DNA of 64,000 nt from an uncultured bacterium (GTDB taxonomy: Bacteria > Verrucomicrobiota > Kiritimatiellia > CAIKKV01 > CAITUY01). The notes beneath the pieces are model-generated. The model had not been told where the DNA came from. It searched no databases and worked only from the letters and a program-made list of their open reading frames with translations. This document shows, in pieces, positions 47,585 to 56,230 of this stretch. The position numbers and the translations under genes are program-made. Within the stretch, counting starts at the first letter, position 1. Each line of letters opens with the position of its first letter. The DNA is taken from assembly GCA_903958395.1 (NCBI GenBank), contig CAJBSZ010000101.1, positions 3,894 to 67,893 on the forward strand, given 5' to 3'.

Positions 47585-49557
47585 ACGCCCTCCTTTCCGG
47601 TCAACAGTTGTGAAGCCATGAAATGTTTCCGAATCGCACCGGTAAGGGCCATGGGATCGGTCCGGTTCAGCCGGTCAAGCACCCGTTCCCACCGATAGGC
47701 AAAACTGCCCTTTTCATCACGCGGGCGTTGTTTAAAAAGCGTATCGAAGGACCGTTTTCGCCGTGTATAATCCTGTTTCACATGAAGAAACCGTTCCGTA
47801 AATGAGGCAAGATAAGCCTCCAGCACTTCTCCGGGAGAGGAAAAAAAGGGGAGTCGGCGTCGGATGGGCTCCGCATAGGCCTCCGCAAAGGAAGCCAGAT
47901 CAGACTGATAATCCGTGAAGGTGCCGGTGTGATCGGCGACGATGATTTCCCTGGGCATGCCGAACTCGTCCTCTATCAAAACCTCATCGCCATCGTCGAA
48001 CAGCACGGCGTTTTTCAGGTTCAGGCGGCCTGTGATGATATTGGACGCGGCGGCCCGGCCCAGTAACCTCGCAAAGGCGAGGGAATACGTGAGGCTCTGG
48101 AAACGGGAACGGGGGATCTTGTCGGTGGCCATGCCGGAGAGATAGTCGCGTTCGAAATAGGTGGACCAGATCTGCTGGCCGTCATACCGGGTTCCGTGGT
48201 AGTGCTCGCTGATTTTGCGGGTTGTGATGCGGGCGGGCAGGTTCATGCCCAGCTGACGGCAGCCCAGTCTGCGATCCAGGATATATTCGGTGTAGTCCTC
48301 CGCCTCCATGATGGCGGGGAGGAGATCCTTGCCCTCGTTCAGGTGTTCCCGGATTCCCCATTTCTGCATGCGAAGAATACGGACAACAGGGTGCGGCGAA
48401 CTGTTTTGTTTGATCTCCGCCACATACACATCGCGGCGGCCGGAGCTCGAGGGTCGGCGTGATAGCGAGCCGATGACCCGGCCGACATTGACATAATCAA
48501 TATCCCCGAATTCGCGAAGGAAATTAAAGATGAACCCGCGTGCCTTTTCGTCGCAGAGGATCCTCAATTCGGAATCAGGGGGTGAACGATCCGCTTCATC
48601 GAAAAGGCTGTCGAACATCAATTCCCCCTCTTCGATGCGGCCGCCGGGGAGCCATTCGATCTGCATGAAGAATTCGGAACTCAGTCCGAGGATGGTTTCT
48701 TCGGGAAGGGCTTCGCCTCCCTGACCGATCAGGCATGAAAACATCAGGTTTCGCCAGTCGGGATTATCGGGATTGTCTTCCCTCATTTCCGGCCGCACGG
48801 CATCGCGAAAGGCCGCTTTGAGGTGTTCATAACAGGTGCGGATATCCGGAGGAGATTGATCCATGGGTTCGCAGGGTTTGAAGCTGGAATGGTCGAATGA
48901 TTTGTCGGTGGAAAAAAAGGCTACTTCGGGGTGGCCCATGCGGTTGTAGCGGCATGAAAAATCCCGGATTTCAATCAGATGTGCCTGGAGTTCATTGTCC
49001 GGCAGGGTTTCGAGTTCACAGAACTGCTGGTAGGTCAGGAATCGCGTGCCGATGTCGCGACTGTAATAGTAGATGGAACGGCCCCCGATCGGCAGCATGG
49101 CTGAGGCGATCATGCGTTTCATTTCATCAGGACTTTGGGGGAGCAGGGCAATCCGCCAGTTTTCGCCACGTTCCTTGATGGCATAGCGGACTTTTTCATT
49201 CATGAGGTTGAGAAACTTGATTTTCTGCTTGGAGACCAGTTCCTGAAGCAGGTCGTCGGCTTCGAAGGCCAGTGCCATGTTCTCGGGATCAGGCCGGATC
49301 AGGATGCTCCCGGGGTCCATGATCAGGTCAACCGACAGCTGCCATTCCAGCATCTCGTCCTCTTCGGACAGCGGGGGCTGGTTGGCTTGTTTCCGGGTGG
49401 CGTTAAGATCGGCGATATAGGCAAAGCGCTGGGTGGCGTGGATGCCGGGCAGGGTGACGAGGGTCCGGCTCCGGGGAAAGATCGTGCCGATCCGTGAGAT
49501 CAATCGTCCCTGCTGATCCTTCGCAAGCGGGTGTTCACCTAGAATTCGAATAGTCAT
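47581..49557 (-). CDS. Large hypothetical protein, C-terminus possibly atypical kinase-like
   Basis: Long ORF coupled by ATGA to the ACT gene; start 49557 (GAGGGA RBS) or 49608; IIVADHTGTF resembles the IDHGxxF motif. Confidence 0.75.
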   Translation of the reverse strand: MTIRILGEHPLAKDQQGRLISRIGTIFPRSRTLVTLPGIHATQRFAYIADLNATRKQANQPPLSEEDEMLEWQLSVDLIMDPGSILIRPDPENMALAFEADDLLQELVSKQKIKFLNLMNEKVRYAIKERGENWRIALLPQSPDEMKRMIASAMLPIGGRSIYYYSRDIGTRFLTYQQFCELETLPDNELQAHLIEIRDFSCRYNRMGHPEVAFFSTDKSFDHSSFKPCEPMDQSPPDIRTCYEHLKAAFRDAVRPEMREDNPDNPDWRNLMFSCLIGQGGEALPEETILGLSSEFFMQIEWLPGGRIEEGELMFDSLFDEADRSPPDSELRILCDEKARGFIFNFLREFGDIDYVNVGRVIGSLSRRPSSSGRRDVYVAEIKQNSSPHPVVRILRMQKWGIREHLNEGKDLLPAIMEAEDYTEYILDRRLGCRQLGMNLPARITTRKISEHYHGTRYDGQQIWSTYFERDYLSGMATDKIPRSRFQSLTYSLAFARLLGRAAASNIITGRLNLKNAVLFDDGDEVLIEDEFGMPREIIVADHTGTFTDYQSDLASFAEAYAEPIRRRLPFFSSPGEVLEAYLASFTERFLHVKQDYTRRKRSFDTLFKQRPRDEKGSFAYRWERVLDRLNRTDPMALTGAIRKHFMASQLLTGKEGV

Positions 49558-49645
49558 TCCCTCGCATACTACCAATCCCTCCCTGTATTGAACAATCTGC
49601 TTTTTCATGGTGACAGTTGAGTCGGATTGAATACGATGGGGGGCT

Positions 49646-50566
49646 ATGAATTCGGTATACACCACAACGATTACCCGGGAAGCGCGCACGCGCGGGATTC
49701 AAATTGAAGTGATTGATCCCCGGACTCCCATTTTCGTGCTCAGGCATAAGGGAAAGTCAATCCGGTGTTACAACGCCCTGACGGATCGGGTTGGGGCGGT
49801 GACTTTTCAGATGACCCAGAACAAGGCCCTGGCCAATGTCTTTCTCAAGTCCCGCGGGTTTCCCGTTCCGGCCCAGCAACTTTTCACGGAGCCGGTGTCG
49901 GCGGAGCGTTTTTTGAAGCGATACCGCAGTATTGTTGTTAAACCCTGCTCCCAATGGGGCGGGCGCGGGGTGTCGGTGGCGGTGAAAACGGCTGAGGAAT
50001 TGGCCTGTGCCGTGCGTTTTGCGAAGCGGTTTGAGGAGGAGATCATTCTCGAACAGTATGTCGAGGGAGTGGACTACCGCCTGATATTTGTGGATTTCAA
50101 ATTCGTAGCGGCTATTCGCCGGCGATCCGCCCATGTGGAGGGGAATGGCCGGGATTCAATCCGGAACCTGGTGCAGGCAAAGAACCGGCAGGAACGGCGC
50201 GTTGATCCGAGTCATATCATTCCGCTCGATGCCGAGACGGCTCGCAACCTCAAGGTTTTAGGCCTGTCGTGGGAGCAGGTTCCTGCGGCGGGGCGGGTTG
50301 TTCGCGTCAGGTTGACCTCCAACTACCATACTGGCGGTGATGTGGATGTGGTGACCCATACGGTCAATCGGAAGCTGGTGGCCTTGGCCAGGCGTGCCGT
50401 GAAAGCGCTGAACGTTCCGGTCATTGGCATTGATTTCCTGGTGAATGAGGCAAGCGGTCGGTCGTGGCTGATTGAGTTGAGCCCCGATCTGGCAATTTCC
50501 CCGCCCGAGGGCGAAGAGGTGGCCCGGCATTTCATGAACTTCCTGTTCCCGGAGACAAAACGATGA
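49646..50566 (+). CDS. ATP-grasp ligase related to the Ngg/cyanophycin synthetase ATP-grasp domain
   Basis: VVKP..GGRGVSV, EQYVEGVDYRL, NYHTGG and GIDFL motifs. Confidence 0.85.
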   Translation: MNSVYTTTITREARTRGIQIEVIDPRTPIFVLRHKGKSIRCYNALTDRVGAVTFQMTQNKALANVFLKSRGFPVPAQQLFTEPVSAERFLKRYRSIVVKPCSQWGGRGVSVAVKTAEELACAVRFAKRFEEEIILEQYVEGVDYRLIFVDFKFVAAIRRRSAHVEGNGRDSIRNLVQAKNRQERRVDPSHIIPLDAETARNLKVLGLSWEQVPAAGRVVRVRLTSNYHTGGDVDVVTHTVNRKLVALARRAVKALNVPVIGIDFLVNEASGRSWLIELSPDLAISPPEGEEVARHFMNFLFPETKR

Positions 50567-51864
50567 AATCCTGTCATCTGGTTGGCGTTGCGGGTGTGGG
50601 GATGAATGCCTTAGCTCAGGCACTCAAGGGGGGTGGGTGGGCGGTCAGCGGCTCGGACCGTTATGAGGATCAGGGCCAGGATCTTGAGGTGATCCGGAAG
50701 CTGAAGGAGGCGGGAATTCGATTTTATCCGCAGGATGGATCCGGGATATCCCGAGAGACGGGTGCGGTGGTCGTGAGTACCGCGATTGAGAAGGATAATC
50801 CCGATATCGTCGCTGCGGAAAGGCTTGGGGTCCCTGTGCGGCACCGGGCCGAAATGCTAGCCGAACTCGTTCAGGGAAAGAAAACGGTGGCGATTGCGGG
50901 GACCTCCGGAAAAACGACGGTAACGGGCATGGTCGGCTGGCTTCTCGAGCAACTCGGAGCTGATCCCACGGTGGTCAATGGCGGGGCTCTGGTGAACTGG
51001 GCGGATGATCATCATGTGGGAAACGCGCGAACAGGCGGCTCAGGACTTTGCGTGATTGAGGTCGATGAGAGTGATCGCTCGCTCCTGCGGTTTTCACCCG
51101 ACCGGGCCTTGATTACCAATATGTCGGCTGATCATTTCAGCCTGGAGGAGACCGTCGGGCTTTTCAGCCAGTTCAGGAGTCAGGTCCGGTGCGATTGTAT
51201 TGCAGGGTGGGATCCCGGAATGCCGTGGCAGGGCCTGAAGCCGGTGCTGAGCCGGACCGGGTGCCGCTTCGCTTATGGCGGGCTTGAGTTCGAAATTTCG
51301 TTACTAGGGGCACACAACGCCGAAAATGCGCTTCAGGCGGTTGTGCTGTGCCAGCGAATGGGTTTTGACTTAGGTCGCATTCGCGATGCCCTGGCTCAAT
51401 TCAAGGGTATTCAGCGGCGCCTGGAGCGGGTGGGGGAAGCCGGCGGGGTGACGGTGGTGGATGAGTATGCCCATAACCCGGCGAAAATTTCGGCCGCCTG
51501 GCGGGCTGTGGCTCCTTATTATTCGCGGGTCACCGCGTTCTGGCGCCCGCATGGATTCAAGCCGTTGTCCCTGATGTTCAACGATCTGGTGGCGATGTTC
51601 GGGGACGTATGCCGCCCGCAGGACCGGCTTTTTCTGATGCCGGTGTATTACGCGGGAGGGACGGTGAGTAAGGCGATGGACTCGGATGTGCTTGCGACGG
51701 CGTTGCAGGCGCGCGGGGTGCCCGCCGTATGGGTTCCGGATTACGACCGGTTGATGTCCGGGATTATGAAAGACAGTCAAGCGGGCGAGGTCGTGCTATG
51801 CGTGGGCGCCCGGGACCCCGGCATCCCCCGGTTTGCCCGCGAGTTGGTGACTCGTCTGGGATGA
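50563..51864 (+). CDS. Second MurC-like Mur ligase
   Basis: GVAGVGMNALA, GTSGKTT, EVDESD, DEYAHNP and WRPHG motifs; ATGA overlap with the ATP-grasp gene. Confidence 0.85.
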   Translation: MKSCHLVGVAGVGMNALAQALKGGGWAVSGSDRYEDQGQDLEVIRKLKEAGIRFYPQDGSGISRETGAVVVSTAIEKDNPDIVAAERLGVPVRHRAEMLAELVQGKKTVAIAGTSGKTTVTGMVGWLLEQLGADPTVVNGGALVNWADDHHVGNARTGGSGLCVIEVDESDRSLLRFSPDRALITNMSADHFSLEETVGLFSQFRSQVRCDCIAGWDPGMPWQGLKPVLSRTGCRFAYGGLEFEISLLGAHNAENALQAVVLCQRMGFDLGRIRDALAQFKGIQRRLERVGEAGGVTVVDEYAHNPAKISAAWRAVAPYYSRVTAFWRPHGFKPLSLMFNDLVAMFGDVCRPQDRLFLMPVYYAGGTVSKAMDSDVLATALQARGVPAVWVPDYDRLMSGIMKDSQAGEVVLCVGARDPGIPRFARELVTRLG

Positions 51865-51879
51865 GCGGGCGCGAGCCCC

Positions 51880-54800
51880 TCATTGTATGGATTGGCGTCG
51901 CAAGACCACCCGTTCCATCAAGACATACATGGCGGGCAGGACGAGCAGGGTTAACAGTTGGGAGGTGATGATGCCACCCATGACGACAACGGCCAGCGGT
52001 TTCTGGATGTCGGCGCCGGAACCGGTGGCATAGAGCATGGGGAGATGCCCGATGAAACTGGTCAGTGCTGTCATCATCAACGGCCGGAACCGGATGTCGC
52101 ATCCGGTTCGGACAGTGTCGGAAAGGCCCAATCCGCTGTCACTCAACTGGCGGAAAAAGGCGACGAGCACCACGCCATTCTGAACGGCGATGCCGAGCAG
52201 GACGATGAAGGCCACGGCTGAGGAAACGGAGAGATTGATTCCGAATGCCGCCACCGCCAGTACGCCGCCCACCAGGGCGAAGGGCAGATTCGCGAGGACG
52301 AGCAGGGAATGCCGGACCGAGCCCAGCGCCGCAAAGAGCAGGATGAAAATCAGGATCAGGGCGATGGGCACCACGATGGATAATTGGCGCATGGCGCGCT
52401 GCTGATTTTCAAATTGGCCCCCGTATTCAATGAAATAGCCCGTCGGTAACTCGCGGGCCAGCGGAGCGAGCTTCTGTTGAATGTCCTTCACGAACCCCCC
52501 GAGGTCGCGCCCGCGGACATTGGTTTCGACCACCACCCGGCGCATGCCGTTTTCGCGGCTGATCTGGGCCGGCGACTCAATGCGCATGAACGAGGCCAGC
52601 TGATCGAGCGGAACCCGCTCCCCGCCGGGTGCCACGATCCATAACCGTTTAATGGCCTCCTCGTCCCGGCGTGACTTTTCCTCGAAGCGGACCACCACGG
52701 CGAAGCGCTTTTCTCCTTCAATCAGGGTGGTGGCACGGGTGCCTGCAATGGCGCTTTCGATGGTGTCGTTGATGTCGCTAATCCGGATGCCATGGCGGGC
52801 CGCCGCCTGGCGGTCAATCACCACATCCAGTTGGTTCATTCCGGTCACCTGTTCAACTTTCGTGTCCTGGGCGCCGGGCGCCGAACGGATGACGCCTGCC
52901 GCGCGGTCGGCAAATTGCCGGATCAGGGTGAGATCGGGGCCAAAGACTTTTACGGCCAGATCGCTCTTGATTCCCGAAATCAGTTCATTGACCCGCAGGG
53001 CGATGGGTTGCGAGAAGGAAAACCGGAGGCCGGGAATGATGGAAAGATCCCGGTTAATGGCGTCCACAAGGTCTTCCCGATTGCGTCCGGATGACCATTG
53101 TTTCCGGTGCTTGAGAACAATAAAGACGTCCGTCTGTTCGGGGCCCATGGGATCTTCCGAAATTTCGGCCCGGCCGGTCTTGCAGATCACGCTTTCGATC
53201 TCCGGGAACCGGCGCAGTTGTTTTTCCATGAAATCGGCGACCCGCACCGAGCCTTCGATCGAGGCGTTGGGGAGGCGGACCACATTGATGGCGATCGCAC
53301 CCTCATCCAATGTCGGCATGAATTCCGTTCCGATAAAGGGAATGGCCCCCAGTGAGGCAACCAGGATTCCCACCGCCAGCCCCAGGGTCAGGCCCGGGCG
53401 CCGCATGGCCCGGTCAAGCAGGGCGAGATAGCCGTGATGAAATTTTTTGATAAACCCGAATTCCCGCTCCGGGTCCTGTTTGAGGGTCAGGTCGGCCAAT
53501 ACGGGAATGGTCGTGAACGCGACGCCGAGCGAAACCAGCAGGGCGATAAGCAGGGTCAGCGCGAGCGGAGCGAACATCTTTCCCTCAATGCCCTGAAGGG
53601 TGAACAGCGGAACCAGAATGATGGCGATAATCATCACGGAAAAGGCCACCGGCCGGCCGACTTCCTGGACGGCCTCGGTGATGACGGTTCGCCGCGGTTC
53701 ATGCAGTCGCAGGGCCAATTGGCGCCGGATGTTTTCGATCACGACAATCGAGGCATCCACCACCATGCCCACCGAGAAGGCCAGCCCGCCCAGGCTCATC
53801 AGATTGGAACTGAGGCCGGCCCAGCCCATGAAGATGAAACTGACAAGGAAGGTGAGGGGCAGGGATAGCACCACAATCAGGGCGGTTCGCATCTCGGCAA
53901 TGAACAGAAATAGAATCAGGATCACGAAGAGCGAGCCTTCCATCAAGGCGGTCATGACGGTCGAGATGCAGGCCTTGACCAGCGAGGTTCGGTCGTAGAA
54001 AACATTGACCCGAACTCCTTCGGGAAGAGTGCCGCGCACCTTGTCCAGGGCATCCTTGACGCGGGCGACCACCTCGCGGGAATTTTCGCCCTTCAGCATG
54101 ATGATCATTCCCGCCACGACTTCGCCGCGGCCATCCCGGGTGACGGCACCCTGGCGGGGCTCGGTGCCGATCACCACCTCAGCCACATCCTTCACGCGCA
54201 CCGGGGTGCCATCCATTGCCTTGATCACCAGTTGCTCGATGTCGGGAATGTCCTTGAGCAGCCCCACTCCCCGTAAATAGACCTGTTCCCAGCCGCTGAC
54301 GAGGACACCCCCGCCTGCGTTGGCATTGCCGCGCTCGACGGCGGCGGTGACCTCGGCGACGGTCAGTTTATATTGGGCCAGCTTTTCGGGAGTTAACAGA
54401 ATCTGATACTGCCGTACCGCACCCCCGAAACTGTTTACCTCGTTGACGCCCGCCACCGGTTTGAGCATCGGGGCTACAAGCCAGTCCTGGAGGGTGCGGA
54501 GTTCCATGGCGTTGTGCCGGTCGCTCTCCAGGGTATATTGGAAAATTTCACCCAATCCGGTGCTGAGCGGGCCCAATTCGGGTTCCGTTCCCGGGGGTAA
54601 CTGGTCCCGGGCCATGGCCAGTCGCTCGAATACTACCTGGCGTGTCCAATAGGTGTCCACCCCGTCCTGGAAGATGACGACCACCTGCGACAAGCCTGCA
54701 CGGGAGAGGGATCGGACCTGGGTGACCTTGGGAAGGCCCCGCATCACCTGTTCAAGCGGATAACTGATCCGCTGTTCGACGTCTATGGCCGCCAAGCCAC

Positions 54801-54960
54801 TCGCCTTGGTCAGGATCATGACCTGGGTGTTGGTGACGTCCGGGAATGCGTCGATGGGAAGGGTTTTCCAGGCGACCAGCCCCGCCAGGGCGAGGGCGAC
54901 AGTGCCAAGCATGACCATGAGGCGCTGGGCGAGTACGGCTTTTATGAGGAGGTTAAACAT
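51880..54960 (-). CDS. czcA: CzcA/CusA-family heavy-metal RND permease
   Basis: LPIDAFPDVTN, VDASIVVIEN, SQPIALRVNELISG and RFRPLMMTAL motifs. Confidence 0.92.
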   Translation of the reverse strand: MFNLLIKAVLAQRLMVMLGTVALALAGLVAWKTLPIDAFPDVTNTQVMILTKASGLAAIDVEQRISYPLEQVMRGLPKVTQVRSLSRAGLSQVVVIFQDGVDTYWTRQVVFERLAMARDQLPPGTEPELGPLSTGLGEIFQYTLESDRHNAMELRTLQDWLVAPMLKPVAGVNEVNSFGGAVRQYQILLTPEKLAQYKLTVAEVTAAVERGNANAGGGVLVSGWEQVYLRGVGLLKDIPDIEQLVIKAMDGTPVRVKDVAEVVIGTEPRQGAVTRDGRGEVVAGMIIMLKGENSREVVARVKDALDKVRGTLPEGVRVNVFYDRTSLVKACISTVMTALMEGSLFVILILFLFIAEMRTALIVVLSLPLTFLVSFIFMGWAGLSSNLMSLGGLAFSVGMVVDASIVVIENIRRQLALRLHEPRRTVITEAVQEVGRPVAFSVMIIAIILVPLFTLQGIEGKMFAPLALTLLIALLVSLGVAFTTIPVLADLTLKQDPEREFGFIKKFHHGYLALLDRAMRRPGLTLGLAVGILVASLGAIPFIGTEFMPTLDEGAIAINVVRLPNASIEGSVRVADFMEKQLRRFPEIESVICKTGRAEISEDPMGPEQTDVFIVLKHRKQWSSGRNREDLVDAINRDLSIIPGLRFSFSQPIALRVNELISGIKSDLAVKVFGPDLTLIRQFADRAAGVIRSAPGAQDTKVEQVTGMNQLDVVIDRQAAARHGIRISDINDTIESAIAGTRATTLIEGEKRFAVVVRFEEKSRRDEEAIKRLWIVAPGGERVPLDQLASFMRIESPAQISRENGMRRVVVETNVRGRDLGGFVKDIQQKLAPLARELPTGYFIEYGGQFENQQRAMRQLSIVVPIALILIFILLFAALGSVRHSLLVLANLPFALVGGVLAVAAFGINLSVSSAVAFIVLLGIAVQNGVVLVAFFRQLSDSGLGLSDTVRTGCDIRFRPLMMTALTSFIGHLPMLYATGSGADIQKPLAVVVMGGIITSQLLTLLVLPAMYVLMERVVLRRQSIQ

Positions 54961-54972
54961 GGCTGTGACTCC

Positions 54973-56217
54973 TTAATCCGCGCAACCGGCGCCCATTTTT
55001 TCGCGCAACACATCCGACTTAAGCAGAAAGGCGCCTTCGGTGACGACCTTCTGTCCCTCGGCCAATCCCTCCAGGATTTCGATTGAATCGCTGAAGTGGC
55101 GTCCCTTTTTGACGGGAGTGCGAATGTAATAGTCGTCCTTCAGATGAGTGAAGACAAAGCATTGGCCCTCGTCCTCCAGAACGGCATTACGGGGAACCGC
55201 CAGGACATCCTCGTTGCAAGTCCAGATCAGGTTGGCCTTGCAGAACATTCCGGGTCGGAGAAGGCCTTCCGGGTTGGGTATCAGGGCGCGTGCTTTCACG
55301 GTTCGAGTCGTTTCATCCATCGTGGCACCGAGGGTTTCAAGAGTCCCTTTGAATGGGTGCCCCGGGAAAGCCCTCGTTTCAAGGGTTACCAACAGGGGTG
55401 ACTTGGCGGCAGCCGCAAGAACGGCGGCAAGGTCACGTTCGTAGAGATCGAGCCAGACCCAGACGGAGGAGAGGTCCGATAGGGTCATGGCCGTCTGGCC
55501 GGGCTGAATACGATTCCCGGAAACCGCCTGCTTTTCAATCAAGGTTCCCGCCTGGGGAGATCTGAGGGAAAGGGTGCGGGGCGATTCTCCGGTGAGGGCG
55601 GCTATGTCAGATTCTGAAAATCCCATTGTATTAAGGGTATGGGCGGCGGCATCCCGATCCGTTTTGATCGTTTCGTAACGGATTTCGGCCTCGTCGGCTT
55701 CCACTTGGGCCGAGACTTTTTGCTCAGCCAGTCCCTTTTCCCGTTGGTAGGTGCGCTGGGCCGTTTGGGTCAGGGCGCGATTTTTGATATAGGAGCTGAT
55801 TGCATCGCCCAATTCGGCGCTCTCGATTTCAGCCAGGATGTCGCCCGGCTTCATGAGTTTGCCGATGTCGCCCCTGACATTGCGGAGAATGCCGGGAACG
55901 GGGGAGGAGATGCGGACGGTGGCGTTTTCGTTGAGTGCGATTTCGCCGACTGCCGCGAGTCCCTGTTCCAGCTTCTGGCGGGTGGCGGAACCGAATTGAA
56001 CCAGTGCCGGACTATTGGTTCCGGGGGTGAGAAGTGCTGGTGCGAGTTTAACCACGCCGGGTTCATACCGGCATTCATCGCAGGTATAAATCAGGATTTC
56101 ATGTTCGCACATCCGCGTCATCAGGTCGTCTTTCGGAGCCTCGGCCTGAGTTTGAAGAATGGCACTCATGAGGCAGATTATTCCCGTTACTATTAAGTTT
56201 TGTGTTTTTGTCGTCAT
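54973..56217 (-). CDS. czcB: RND periplasmic adaptor with N-terminal Cys/His motif
   Basis: TRTVKAR, LRPGMF and VVTEGAFLLKS motifs; N-terminal CEH...CDEC. Confidence 0.88.
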   Translation of the reverse strand: MTTKTQNLIVTGIICLMSAILQTQAEAPKDDLMTRMCEHEILIYTCDECRYEPGVVKLAPALLTPGTNSPALVQFGSATRQKLEQGLAAVGEIALNENATVRISSPVPGILRNVRGDIGKLMKPGDILAEIESAELGDAISSYIKNRALTQTAQRTYQREKGLAEQKVSAQVEADEAEIRYETIKTDRDAAAHTLNTMGFSESDIAALTGESPRTLSLRSPQAGTLIEKQAVSGNRIQPGQTAMTLSDLSSVWVWLDLYERDLAAVLAAAAKSPLLVTLETRAFPGHPFKGTLETLGATMDETTRTVKARALIPNPEGLLRPGMFCKANLIWTCNEDVLAVPRNAVLEDEGQCFVFTHLKDDYYIRTPVKKGRHFSDSIEILEGLAEGQKVVTEGAFLLKSDVLREKMGAGCAD

Positions 56218-56230
56218 AGATATCCTCGGC

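Noticed and set aside
49646..51864. Calling the ATP-grasp plus Mur ligase pair a split cyanophycin synthetase
   Set aside because: The CphA N-domain is missing, the ligase has a MurC-type Rossmann N-terminus rather than the CphA M-domain, and no cyanophycinase is nearby
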